Source: an uncultured Actinomycetota bacterium (GTDB lineage Bacteria > Actinomycetota > Actinomycetes > JADGOV01). From it: DNA of 64,000 nucleotides. This document shows, one piece after another, positions 11,420-21,614 of the stretch. The DNA lies in contig CAWFCZ010000018.1 of the NCBI GenBank assembly GCA_963814355.1, positions 637,224 to 701,223 of the forward strand, given 5' to 3'. The notes under the pieces are model-generated. The model saw only the letters and a program-made list of their open reading frames with translations, was not told the DNA's origin and searched no databases. The position numbers were made by a program, and so were the translations under genes. Numbering within the stretch: position 1 is the stretch's first letter; each line of letters begins with the position of its first letter.

Positions 11420-12052
11420 ATGGACGTCGCAACCTGGGACGCGCGGTACACCGGCAGCGACCTGGTCTGGGGAGCAACACCGAACCTCTTCGTCGCCGCC
11501 GAGTTCCAGGGTTACCCGCCCGGTCGGGCGCTGGACATCGCCTGCGGCGAGGGCCGCAACGCGATCTGGCTGGCCACACGCGGCTGGAAGGCCACCGGGA
11601 TCGATTTCTCCCGGGTGGGACTAGACCGCGCAGCCCATCTTGCCGCCGACGCGGGTGTCGCCGACCGGGTCGACTTCGTTGTCGGTGACGTGGTGGCGGG
11701 TCCGCTGCCTCCCGGGCCGTTCGACGCGGTCATCGTCGCCTACCTTCAGTTGCCCGCACCGCAGCGACGGGCAGCGCTGCGCCGCGCGGCGCAGGTCGTC
11801 GCACCGGGTGGGACGCTGCTCGTCGTCGGGCACGACACCACGAACCTCGTCGAGGGTGTCGGTGGGCCGCAGGATCCTGCGGTGCTCTTCACTCCGGAGG
11901 AGGTGCAGGCCGACCTCGCGGACCAGCCCGACCTCATAGCCGACAAGGCCGGGCGGGTGCGCCGGCCTGTGGCGACGCCGGACGGGGAACGGGCTGCGGT
12001 CGACGCGCTCGTGCGGGTCCGGCGGAGAACAGGCGGACGGAGCGGGCGATGA
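11420..12052 (+). CDS. Class I SAM-dependent methyltransferase
   Basis: LDIACGEGRNAIWLA (motif I, glycine-rich) and later motif LLVVGHD. 210 aa. Confidence 0.7.
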   Translation: MDVATWDARYTGSDLVWGATPNLFVAAEFQGYPPGRALDIACGEGRNAIWLATRGWKATGIDFSRVGLDRAAHLAADAGVADRVDFVVGDVVAGPLPPGPFDAVIVAYLQLPAPQRRAALRRAAQVVAPGGTLLVVGHDTTNLVEGVGGPQDPAVLFTPEEVQADLADQPDLIADKAGRVRRPVATPDGERAAVDALVRVRRRTGGRSGR

Positions 12053-12191
12053 CGTGCTGCGCCGCGGGGCTTGCCGCAGGCACGGCGAGGCTGTCCACGG
12101 CGATGCCGACGGGTCGCCGGGCACGGTCACGGTCCCGCTTCGACGACGCGAGCCGCCGGTGCTTCCCCGGTCGCACCGACCGCGTCGGAAC

Positions 12192-12710
12192 ATGCTGGAG
12201 GTAGCTGTGAACGTCTCCGGGCCGATGCCCATCGTTGCCGAGGCCTACCTCGATCGGCTCGTCGACGCCAATGCCCTGCCCTGGATCGAGCACGAGGTGC
12301 CGTTGGTTGGCGGGACGGGCACGCAGGCCGTGAAGCTGCTGCACGCTGATCCGGCGACCGGCGTCTACGCGATGCTCGCTCGTTATCCCAAGGGTCTAGT
12401 CATTCCCCGACATAAGCACCTGGCGCCAGCACATAGCTGGATCCTCCAGGGCGCCTGGCGCTTCGAGGAAAGCCGGCTGACCGCAACGTCTGGGTGCTAC
12501 TCGTATGAGGAGCTGGGCGCGATCCACACGATGCTCATCGAGGAAGACACCGTCGCGTTCCACGTCATCGGTGGGCCGCTGGTCTTCCACGATCCGGATG
12601 GCGGCGTCCGTGAGATGTGGGACTGGGAAAGCACCCAGATCGCGTGGCGGCGGTCGCTTGCCGACGTTGGACTGGCGCCCACTGCCTGGCGGCCCGCACC
12701 CCGCGGCTGA
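12192..12710 (+). CDS. Cupin-domain protein (ChrR-like cupin fold)
   Basis: IPRHKH..HSWILQGAW...EELGAIHT cupin motifs. Start probably ATG 12192 (MLEVAV...). The upstream part of the 12054 ORF is likely non-coding. Confidence 0.55.
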   Translation: MLEVAVNVSGPMPIVAEAYLDRLVDANALPWIEHEVPLVGGTGTQAVKLLHADPATGVYAMLARYPKGLVIPRHKHLAPAHSWILQGAWRFEESRLTATSGCYSYEELGAIHTMLIEEDTVAFHVIGGPLVFHDPDGGVREMWDWESTQIAWRRSLADVGLAPTAWRPAPRG

Positions 12711-13041
12711 CGCGACGATACGAGGGGCCTCCGCTCCCGGTCATTCCGGCCGAGATGCTTGATGAGGTCGAGTTCGGGCCGCCCGATGACCACCTTCCGG
12801 CGCGACGTCATACCACGCACGTCGTCCGCCGAGGGCGCTGGGACCCGGAATGGCGCACCCCTGGACATCGGTGTGGATTTCGTCGACGGGGGCTGGTCGC
12901 CGTTGCAGCACCAGTCGTGACGCGGCCCCGGCGTCGCGCTCATTCGGTGGCCACCACCGGTTAAATCTCGTGACCGTCCCGGGCAGGTCTCACGACCGCC
13001 CATTGGGCGGATTCTGGTGGCCCTTGACAGACGCCCCGGCT

Positions 13042-14949
13042 TCAGTAGCCGACTGTCCGGTAGCTCACCCGAGGCAGCGCGGGGCCGCCAGGTGACAGCG
13101 CAGTCCTGGCTTTTGACTCGTCTGCGAGCTCGGTGAGCAGGAAGGCCGTGACGTAATGCTTGATCACGGCGCGCGCCCGCGTGCGGTCCCACGCGGGGTC
13201 GTCGGAGAAGCCCATCGGAACGAGGGCCGTGATCCGGCGCAGGCGGTCGCAGCGACCCGAGAACACGAAGTGCTCGGCACCGTCGAGGCCGACCTCAACC
13301 TTGCGGATGCTGGATGCCCCTTCATACGCGAGCCGGGTGCTCCAGTCGTACGGCGAGTCGTCGTCGGCGGTGCCTCCAATGACCAGCAGTGGTGCGGTGA
13401 GGGACGCGAGTCCGGGCTCGCCGAACATCGCGGCGTCGCCTGCCAGCGACACCACGGCGTCGACCGGCCTTGGGCCGGCGACGGTCCCACGTGCGTTGGC
13501 GGCGACGACCTGGTCGAACCGCGGCTCCAGGGCGTCGCAGAGGAAGCCGATCGGGTTGTCGTCCTCACGGGCGGTGGCGCAGCCGGCGGTGAAGGCGTCG
13601 GCATCCAGGCGGGCGCCACCGGAGGCGAGCGCGGTGTAGCCGCCGTAGGAATGGCCCACGACGGCCACGGTCCCGGGGTCCACGAGACCGGCGAGGGCCC
13701 CAGCGGAATGGGCCTCGGACTCGACGTACGCCCGGGTCTGCGCGATGTCGTCGACGCGGTCGATCGCCGCGCGCCAGAGGGTCCGCGGGTCGAAGGTCTC
13801 CTCGTGTTGCGGCGCGACCACGACCATCCCGTGGGAGGCGAGGTGCTCGGCCAGCCAGGCGTAGCTGCCGGGCGTGATCGCGAACCCGGACGAGAGCACC
13901 ACCAGCGGGTAGGGGCCTTCGACGACGTCGGGTGCGGCGCCGAGCCGGCCGACCCCCTCGTAGGTGGCCAGTGCGGTCGACACGCTCGGGCCGAGCACGG
14001 TCAGCGCGTAGGAGTAGGTCATCGGGGACTCTGAGGCGGCCGACGCCGTCGCCGGGTACCACACGCTCATCTTGAGTGGGGCGCCTTGTTCGGGTCCGAT
14101 CCGGCGGACGCCGACGGGATGGTCCCCAGGAGCAGCATGACTCAGCCTGGAGTACGTCGACCCGGCCGCGACGAGGTCGGGGGTGGTGAACCCGAACAAG
14201 TAGGCACCAGCCTGCGCCACGAGCCCCGCGAGCACGAGACCGACGAGGCTCGCGACGAGAATGGCCTTGGCGATGGTGCGGCGGACGGCGTTCACGGCGG
14301 GCACCTCCTGACGAAGCGCGGGCTCAGATCCGGGCGTGCTCTGCACGAAATGGCCGACGCCCGCTAGGGCGAGCAGGATTCCGGGCAGCCGGGGCAGGAA
14401 GCCTGAGCGGTGGACGAGCCATCCGGTGAGCACCAGGGACAGCGCGAAGAAGAAGCCCCAGACGAGCACGATGTCGTCGTTCGCCTCCTGGAAGAGCAGC
14501 GCGAGGCCATCGCGTTGGTCGGCCTCGAATGCCGCGAGGTAGCCCGGGTTGGAGACGACCAGCAGGGTGACGACACTGGTGACCAGGCAGCCGGCGGCCA
14601 TCACGACAGCCTCGGCCACCCGTGCCAACGAGGCGGCAAGTGACATCGGCCGGCTGACTGGTCGCAGCAGGGCGTAGAGGACGGCGGCCAGTACGATCTC
14701 GACCAGCACGATCGTGGCCTCACCGGCCATCCCCCAGCGGAACAGGGTTTCCTGGGCACGGATGTTGTCGGCGGTGGCCGCGGCATCGCCGGGAACGACC
14801 AGACTCGACCGGACCAACGTCGACATCGGGTAGACCACGAAGATGGCGAGGTAGAGGCTGCCGGCCAGCTTGGTCAAACGGCGCAGCGGCGGGCGCTCCT
14901 GCGACGTCGGGATGACGGCGGTAGGCGTTGATGTAGTGGTGGCGGTCAT
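13042..14949 (-). CDS. Fusion protein: N-terminal DUF4386-like polytopic membrane domain plus C-terminal alpha/beta hydrolase (dienelactone hydrolase / PAF-acetylhydrolase-like)
   Basis: Several TM helices (LVHRSGFLPRLPGILLALAGVGHF). Nucleophile elbow GHSYGG. Start taken as ATG 14949 (MTATTTS...). Confidence 0.6.
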   Translation of the reverse strand: MTATTTSTPTAVIPTSQERPPLRRLTKLAGSLYLAIFVVYPMSTLVRSSLVVPGDAAATADNIRAQETLFRWGMAGEATIVLVEIVLAAVLYALLRPVSRPMSLAASLARVAEAVVMAAGCLVTSVVTLLVVSNPGYLAAFEADQRDGLALLFQEANDDIVLVWGFFFALSLVLTGWLVHRSGFLPRLPGILLALAGVGHFVQSTPGSEPALRQEVPAVNAVRRTIAKAILVASLVGLVLAGLVAQAGAYLFGFTTPDLVAAGSTYSRLSHAAPGDHPVGVRRIGPEQGAPLKMSVWYPATASAASESPMTYSYALTVLGPSVSTALATYEGVGRLGAAPDVVEGPYPLVVLSSGFAITPGSYAWLAEHLASHGMVVVAPQHEETFDPRTLWRAAIDRVDDIAQTRAYVESEAHSAGALAGLVDPGTVAVVGHSYGGYTALASGGARLDADAFTAGCATAREDDNPIGFLCDALEPRFDQVVAANARGTVAGPRPVDAVVSLAGDAAMFGEPGLASLTAPLLVIGGTADDDSPYDWSTRLAYEGASSIRKVEVGLDGAEHFVFSGRCDRLRRITALVPMGFSDDPAWDRTRARAVIKHYVTAFLLTELADESKARTALSPGGPALPRVSYRTVGY

Positions 14950-15320
14950 GGTTTTTCCTGGGGCTATTGGATGGACAGGTCCTCTCCTCGACTGTCGCGT
15001 TTGTTCATGTGCATTCCTCTCCTCTGAAATGGCTCGTGGATCGCGTGGCCTCCTCACCAACAGCACGCTGGGGGCCCGGGGGATGTACCGGGACCGGTAG
15101 AACACCACCCCGAGTAGCACCAGGTGGATGCCGACGAAGCCGAGAGCGGCGAGGAAGCCAGCGCTGAAGGCTGACCGGGGCATGGATCAGGTAGAGCGTC
15201 ACGGAGAGCGCGACGTCCACGGCCACGATCACGAGCCAGGCGATCAGGCTGAGATTGAACTGGGCGCGGGAGCCGGCGATGTTGTCGGCGGTTGCCGCGG
15301 CGTCAGGCGGGACTGGTAGT
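14950..15320 (-). pseudogene. Short remnant resembling the C-terminal end of another DUF4386-type membrane protein, read in frame upstream of the previous gene
   Basis: FLAALGFVGIHLVLLGVVFYRSRYIPRAPSVLL resembles the ..LVYRSGFVPR..LGVLL.. terminus of DUF4386 proteins. No start or functional context. Confidence 0.3.
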
Positions 15321-15325
15321 CGCAG

Positions 15326-16066
15326 TCATGCGGGATGCCGCGCTCTGGTGTGAGCCAGCGCGGACGGACTGTGACGGCCGACGATCGCCGGGGCTTCCTG
15401 CACCAGCTCGTCGTCGTCGATGGCCTCGACCATGAACAGCGCGAAGTCGACACGCCGGGTCAGGTTGCTGGCCAGTGCGGGGTCGCCGACGTGCCGGCGC
15501 CAGACCGGGAGCCCCTCGCTCTCACCCTCCTCGACGTCGCTGCAGCGCACCACGGTCCACCGACGTTCGCTCGCGAAGACCCGCCGGCAGGCCTCAACCT
15601 GGTCGTCGAGGTCCACCATCCGAGCCAGCCTGGCCAGCCGACCGAAGACCGCGCCGAAGACCCGCAGCTTCCAGGGATACACGTCCTTGCCGTCGCGGGT
15701 GATGTGCCAGCCGCAGGAGAAGATCAGCCGGGCGTCGGCATCGGCGAGATCGAGCACCGCCTGGGCCGTACCGGAGGCGTAGTGCTGCATGCCCCACGGC
15801 GCCAGCACGGTGAGCACCGCGTCGCAGCCGGCCACGGCGCGACCGATGACGTCGCGGTCGTCTGTCCGGCCCGGCACCACGGTGATCCGGTCGCCGAAGT
15901 CGGCGAGCTTCTCCACGCTCTCTTCCCGGCAGACGCCAACGACTCGGTGGCCGCGGTCGAGGCAGTTGCGCACCAGGTAACGGCCCAGCTTTCCGGAGGC
16001 CCCCACGATGCAGACCGTGCGAGGGCTGGTCGATTCGTGCGTCTCCCGGTTCGGGGGCGTCGTCAT
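15326..16066 (-). CDS. NmrA-like / atypical SDR NAD(P)H-binding protein
   Basis: N-terminal Rossmann motif VCIVGASGKLGRYLV. 246 aa. Confidence 0.65.
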   Translation of the reverse strand: MTTPPNRETHESTSPRTVCIVGASGKLGRYLVRNCLDRGHRVVGVCREESVEKLADFGDRITVVPGRTDDRDVIGRAVAGCDAVLTVLAPWGMQHYASGTAQAVLDLADADARLIFSCGWHITRDGKDVYPWKLRVFGAVFGRLARLARMVDLDDQVEACRRVFASERRWTVVRCSDVEEGESEGLPVWRRHVGDPALASNLTRRVDFALFMVEAIDDDELVQEAPAIVGRHSPSALAHTRARHPA

Positions 16067-16386
16067 GTGTCGCTCCCGACCTGTCCGTTGGCGCAGAGCA
16101 GGACGAGACCGGCCCAGATGTACCAGGCGATGACGCCGAGCCCGAAGAGCGTGGCGGGGTGACTATCCAGTTGGAAGGCCAGCGACTCGGCGGGATCCCC
16201 CCGCGTGCCGGTGAAGCCCGCGGGCGCCAGGTGGGCCACCGCCACACCGAAGCCGATCACGTAGGTGACGGTCTCCACAAGCGAGGGCCAGCCACCGGCT
16301 CGCTGCGCGGCCCGCGGGCGGTCCGTCGGCGTCCGGCCCGTGTGCACGGGAGTTGGTGCAGTGACAGTCAGATCGGGAGCGGTCAT
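16063..16386 (-). CDS. Small two-TM membrane protein, translationally coupled to the NmrA-like gene
   Basis: ATGA overlap at 16063-16066. Hydrophobic segments VTYVIGFGVAVAHLA and LFGLGVIAWYIWAGLVLL. Start ATG 16386. Confidence 0.45.
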   Translation of the reverse strand: MTAPDLTVTAPTPVHTGRTPTDRPRAAQRAGGWPSLVETVTYVIGFGVAVAHLAPAGFTGTRGDPAESLAFQLDSHPATLFGLGVIAWYIWAGLVLLCANGQVGSDT

Positions 16387-16649
16387 GGGCCTCCTTCGAT
16401 GAGCGGTGGGGAAAGCCGTGCATGTCCGAGTCTTGATGACGGTGGGTCGGTTGCCCATCGGGGCGCCACCTCAATTTCGTCGCAGCATGCGGTCGCGGGT
16501 GGTGTGTGGATGGGGTGGAGGCTGCATTGCGCGGGGCACATGGCGTGAGCGAGGCTGGATCAGTGAGCGCTTTCTTAACGCGCCCAGCGCTGGGCGCGAA
16601 AACCCATCGTCCGAACTGGGTGCGCCCAGCATCGTGGGGGCCATCGCTG

Positions 16650-17616
16650 TACATGCGCGTGGTTCTCGTCAACAGCTCCGTCCTGCTGCTGGCCGTCCTC
16701 GCCTTGGTCGTCACGCCGGTGACGGTGTCGTTCCCGATCGCGACCGAGCAGGGCCTGGTGCTGACGGTCGGGGCGGTGGTCATCGCCACCGCGAATGCGG
16801 TGCTGCTGCGTCTCAACTTCCGTGGACTCCGGGCAGTGGTTCGCCGCATGGAGACGATCGACGTGCTGAGACCCGAGGAGCTCCTGCCGGAGACCGGCGG
16901 CCCCGAGGCGAAATCGCTCATCGTCGGCTTCAACACGATGCTGGACCGTCTCGAGACCGAACGCCGGACGAGCGCCCGGCGGACGCTCAACGCCATCGAG
17001 AGCGACGCCGACGGATCGGTCGCGAGCCGCACGACGAGATCGGCCAGCGCCTGACCGGAACGCTGCTGGAACTGCAACGCCTGGCAGATGACCTACCTGA
17101 GCCGTTCAAGTCCGAGGTCGGGTCCATCCGGGAACAGCAACGTGCGACGCTGGACGAAGTCGGTGCCCTCGCGTGCAGATGCGCCCAGCCCTCCTGGACG
17201 ACCTCGGGCTGCTCAGCGCGGTCGACGCTCTGGCCGAATCGCTGGACGAACAATCCGTCCGGATCGAGACGTCGCTCCCTCGTGGCCTGAGCGCGCTTCC
17301 TCCGGATCTGGAGCTGGTCGTCTACCGCATCGCGCAGGAGGCGCTGACCAATGCGGTACGCCCCGCGGGGGCGTCCCGCATCGAGCTCGAACTTGAGGTG
17401 CGCGCCGGCCGGCTGACATTGCGGGTGACTGATGACGGCACCGGCTTGTCCGCCGCGACGTCGGAAGGACCTGGGATCCGGGGGATGCGCGAGCGAGCTC
17501 TCCTCGTCGGGGGTCGCCTGCACATTGGCCCGGCCGCAGCCGCGCGGCGACCCGGGCATCGAGGCACCACCGTCCGGCTCGACATTGCGGACCTCACCCC
17601 GGTCGCCCCCCGATGA
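16650..17616 (+). pseudogene. NarL-partner sensor histidine kinase (HisKA_3 + HATPase_c) with frameshifts near 17000 and 17170
   Basis: TM N-terminus (16506-17054 ORF). H-box region EPHDEIGQRLTG in the 16406-17290 frame. ATPase part ELVVYRIAQEALTNAVRPAGAS..DDGTG..GIRGMRERA in the 17173-17616 ORF. Confidence 0.65.
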
Positions 17617-18328
17617 CCGATTCCGGCGTGGCGCGGGTGCTGATCGCCGATGACCATGCCGTCGTCCGGGCGGGTCTCAGGGCGCTGATCGATCGGGAAC
17701 CGGATCTCGAGGTCGTGGCCGAAGCCGCTGACGGACGCCAAGCCCTGCAGATGGGCATGAGTGAGGATCTCGATCTCGCCATCCTCGACATTGCCATGCC
17801 GGGCCTGACCGGCTTGCAGGCCACCCGCGAGATCCGCCGCAGACGCGAGCTGCCGATCCTCATCCTCTCGATGTACGACCGTGAGCAGTACTTCTTTGAG
17901 GCGGTCGCGGCGGGCGCCGCAGGGTACGTGCTCAAGCGCCAGGGCGACCAGGACATCGTCGAAGCTTGCCGAGCCGCTATCGGCGGCGAGCCCTTCGTCT
18001 ATCCCAACGCCCTCAGCGCCCTCATGCGCCGGTACCTCGCCCTGGTCGACCACGGCCAGGACCCAGGTGCCGGACCTCTCACAGCCCGGGAGACCGAGGT
18101 CGTCAAGCTCATCGCGGAGGGGCACAGCTCCCAGGAGATCGCCGACTCTTGTGCATCAGCCTCAAGACGGTGGACCGGCACCGGACCAACCTGCTCGAGA
18201 AGCTCAACATGAACGACCGGGTCCAGGTCACCCGCTACGCCATCCGAGCCGGCTTGGTCGAACCATGCGTGCGCCGGCACGGCCTTGCTCGCGGTTCGTC
18301 GTCCAAACAGCGATCGATTCAATCTTGA
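17613..18328 (+). pseudogene. NarL/LuxR-family response regulator with a frameshift near 18140
   Basis: Receiver domain VLIADDHAVVRAGL..DLAILDIAMPG. LuxR HTH (TVDRHRTNLLEKLNMNDRVQVTRYAIRAGLV) is in the 17966-18328 frame. ATGA overlap with the kinase. Confidence 0.7.
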
Positions 18329-18542
18329 ACGTACCGACCGCACCCCACGAGCCCGACTGAGCAGCGTTTCCCCAGGTGAGCCGTGGAAGGTAGGCCTCCT
18401 CCTGACTGTCTCCGCACTCAGGCACTGGCTTCGACTGCCGATGTCGACGGCCATATCCAGTCGATGCCTGGGCCGCCGTTCGCCGAGGATTCCCGTGGAC
18501 GCTCGCAATCTCTGAGAGCGTGCACCGTCCTGGCCAACCTGG

Positions 18543-19898
18543 TCAGCCTGCGCCGGCAACCGGCCCCGCATCGGCGATCTTGGCGTTTAGGTCCTGTAGG
18601 GCCGCGAGGTAGATCTCGGAGAAGGTGGGGAAAGGCTGGATCGTGTCCAGCAGAACGCTGAGGCTGATCTCGGCGCGGATCGCGAGCGTGGCCTGCTGGA
18701 GCCATTCGCCTGCCTCCGGTCCGATTGCATAGGCGCCAGTCAGGCGAGCCCCATCGCTGAGCAGGGTGAGGAACCCGTCGGACTCGGCGTAATCGTGCAT
18801 GTACGTCGCCGTCTTCGCGACATCGGCGAGTCTGGCTGAGCCGGCGAAGGGCGCCGCCGTCGCACCCACGGCGGCGGCAGCCGGGTCTGTGAACACCACC
18901 CGTGGGACTGAGTCGTAGTTGGCCGTGACGGGATCGCCCAGGATGTTCGCGGCGACGACCCGGCCCTGGTACTTCCCGACGTGGGTCAGCGGCCAGATAC
19001 CGGTCACGTCGCCGATGGCCCACAGCCGGTCGCCCGCGCGAAGGTGTCCGTCTACCGGTATCCCTTGCTGAGTGGGCATGACCCCCACCGTCTCCAGCCC
19101 GATCCCCTCGGTCCGAGGACGTCGTCCGGTAGCGACGAGCAGGCGGTCGCCGCGGAGCTCGCGGCCGTCGTCCAGAACCAGCACGTAGTCGCCCCGCTCG
19201 CGGCGAGCACCAGTCGACTGGACGGCGAGGACGACGTCGATCCCGTCGCCCCGGAGCACGTCACTCAACGCCTCGCCAAGCTTTTGCGGCTCACGCGCCA
19301 GAAGGCGGTCGGCGCCCTCGACAAGGGTGACCTCGCCACCGAGCCGCTGGACCGCCTGGGCCATCTCGACGCCGACCGGGCCGCCCCCGAGCACCAACAG
19401 TCGCCCCGGTACCTCGGTCATGGCAGTTGCCTCGCGGTTTGTCCACAGGCCGTCGAGCTCGCGAAGCCCAGGGATCGGTGGGATGGCGGGATCCGACCCG
19501 GTTGCGAGCACCACGTGGCGCGCCCTGTAGCCGACACCGTCGACGTCGACGGCACCGGGCCCAGCCAGGCGGCCTCGGCCCCGGATCAGGTCGATGCCAT
19601 GGTCACGAAGCCACGTCTCCTGGCCGGAGTCGGAGTGACCGGACACCATGAAGTCCCGCCAGGCGAGAGCGGCGGGCACGTCGACCTCAGCGGTCGCTGC
19701 CGCCTGCCGCGCGGCGTGGACCGCCTCGCCGGGCCGCAGCAACGACTTGGACGGGATGCAGGCCCAGTACGAGCACTCCCCACCCACGAGCTCGCGCTCG
19801 ACCACTGCCACCCGCAGGCCACCGGCAGCCAGCGCGCCGGCGCAGTGCTCGCCCGGTGAACCTGCGCCGACGATGATCACGTCGTAGTCGGCGTTCAT
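18543..19898 (-). CDS. Class I pyridine-nucleotide-disulfide oxidoreductase (Lpd / mycothione-reductase / MerA-like flavoprotein without NmerA)
   Basis: [15 protein letters not shown] motif. Redox-active [13 protein letters not shown] disulfide. Second Rossmann motif [13 protein letters not shown]-terminal dimerisation-domain His/Pro region. Confidence 0.75.
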   Translation of the reverse strand: MNADYDVIIVGAGSPGEHCAGALAAGGLRVAVVERELVGGECSYWACIPSKSLLRPGEAVHAARQAAATAEVDVPAALAWRDFMVSGHSDSGQETWLRDHGIDLIRGRGRLAGPGAVDVDGVGYRARHVVLATGSDPAIPPIPGLRELDGLWTNREATAMTEVPGRLLVLGGGPVGVEMAQAVQRLGGEVTLVEGADRLLAREPQKLGEALSDVLRGDGIDVVLAVQSTGARRERGDYVLVLDDGRELRGDRLLVATGRRPRTEGIGLETVGVMPTQQGIPVDGHLRAGDRLWAIGDVTGIWPLTHVGKYQGRVVAANILGDPVTANYDSVPRVVFTDPAAAAVGATAAPFAGSARLADVAKTATYMHDYAESDGFLTLLSDGARLTGAYAIGPEAGEWLQQATLAIRAEISLSVLLDTIQPFPTFSEIYLAALQDLNAKIADAGPVAGAG

Positions 19899-20207
19899 GC
19901 TGGCACGACCCGGCCGGACGTGGCCGTAGTCTTCGCGTTGCGCTTCCGGACACTCGTCATGACGGCCCTCCTCACATAGATTGAGTTCTGAACGATCCCG
20001 ACCTGCTACGGGACCGCTGCGTTTCGCGCCCGAGTATGCCCCTGGTTCGGGTCGACGAACTGGCCTCACCAGGGTCTTCCCCTGGCGCGAGCGGGCGGTC
20101 CCACCGCAAGGTGGAACTGCACCACCAGCTTGGGGGCCGATCGCACCCAGAGGAAGAGAGCACGCCGCGGGAGGTCGCTGGCGTGCGCACGAGAAGGGAT
20201 GTCAGCA

Positions 20208-20848
20208 TGGAGTACCTCGTGACGATGACCACCCGCGTTCCGGACGGCACCTCGGAGGCATCGGTTCGGGACATCCGGATCCGCGAGGCCGCTCGATCGG
20301 GCGAACTCGCTGCGCAGGGGCACCTGCTGCGTCTGTGGCGTCCGCCGGTGCGGCCGGGCGAATGGCGCACTCTCGGCCTGTTCGCAGCTGACGACGACGC
20401 CGCGCTCGACAAGGACCTCGCCTCGATGCCGCTGAGAGTGTGGCGGACCGATGAGGTGACGCCGCTGACGCCCCACCCGAATGACCCGCCAGCTCGACGT
20501 CGCCTGCCGGGGTCACCGGCACCGGAGGGCGGGGGCACCGAGTTCCTGACCACGTGGGTCCTCGACATCCCGGCGAGCACCCCCACCGACACTGTCGACG
20601 CCACGACCGTGCACGAGGCCGAGCGCGCACACCACCTGGCCGAGCGGGGCTACCTCCTGCGGCTGTGGCGGCTCCCGGGTGAGGGTCGAGCACTGGGTCT
20701 GTGGCGAGCCCGGGACTCCGCCGAGCTGCAAGCCCTGCTCGCGTCGCTGCCGATGAATGCGTGGCTACGGGTGCAGACGACACCACTCGCCCCGCACCCC
20801 AGCGACCCGCCGACCACGAGTCGCCCGACCAGGGAGGTCGGTTCGTGA
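20208..20848 (+). CDS. Protein with two tandem muconolactone Delta-isomerase-like (dimeric alpha+beta barrel) domains
   Basis: Two repeats of the pattern GHLLRLWR..G..LGLF.A.D...L...L.S.P......EVTPL.PHP. Confidence 0.55.
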
Positions 20849-21558
20849 CCTATCGGGACCAGAAGGTGGTCGTTGTCACTGGAGGTTCGCGGGGCATCGG
20901 AGCAGGCCTCGTGTCGGCCTACCGTCGGCGAGGCTGGGCGGTCGTGGCCACTTCCCGCACCATCAAGCCTGCTGGGGATCCGGCGGTGCTCACCGTCGAG
21001 GGAGACATCGCTGATCCCGTGACCGCCGACAGAGTCGTCACGGCGGCACTGGAAGGTTTCGGACGCATCGACACCCTCGTCAACAACGCCGGCGTCTTCA
21101 TCGCAAAGCCCTTTGCCGACTACAGCGACGAGGACTACGCGCTTGCCATGGGTGTCAACCTCACCGGATTCTTCTGGCTGACGCAACGCGTCATCGCCGA
21201 GATGCTCGAGCGACACAAGGGCCACATCGTCAACATCACCGCCACGCTCACCGACTACGCCAGCTCCGCCACACCCGCTGTCCTGACCTCACTGACCAAA
21301 GGCGGTCTCGCCTCAGCCACCAGATCGCTGGCCATCGAGTACGCCACCCGCGGCATCCGGGTCAACGCTGTGTCGCCGGGCGTCATCCAGACGCCGGAGC
21401 ACCCGCCGGAGACCTACGCTGGGCTCGCGGCACTTCACCCACTCGGCCGAGTCGGCCAAGTCAGCGACGTGGTCGACGGCATCCTCTACCTCGAGTCAGC
21501 CCCGTTCGTCACCGGAGAGATCCTGCACATCGACGGGGGCCAGATCGCGGGCCGCTGA
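20845..21558 (+). CDS. SDR-family oxidoreductase
   Basis: TGGSRGIG cofactor motif, NNAG, catalytic Y..xK region. GTGA overlap with the upstream gene. Confidence 0.75.
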   Translation: MTYRDQKVVVVTGGSRGIGAGLVSAYRRRGWAVVATSRTIKPAGDPAVLTVEGDIADPVTADRVVTAALEGFGRIDTLVNNAGVFIAKPFADYSDEDYALAMGVNLTGFFWLTQRVIAEMLERHKGHIVNITATLTDYASSATPAVLTSLTKGGLASATRSLAIEYATRGIRVNAVSPGVIQTPEHPPETYAGLAALHPLGRVGQVSDVVDGILYLESAPFVTGEILHIDGGQIAGR

Positions 21559-21614
21559 CCTGACCATCCGCCGTGCGACCGGCACTGTGCCGTCGACCGC
21601 CCTCAGGGGTCGGG

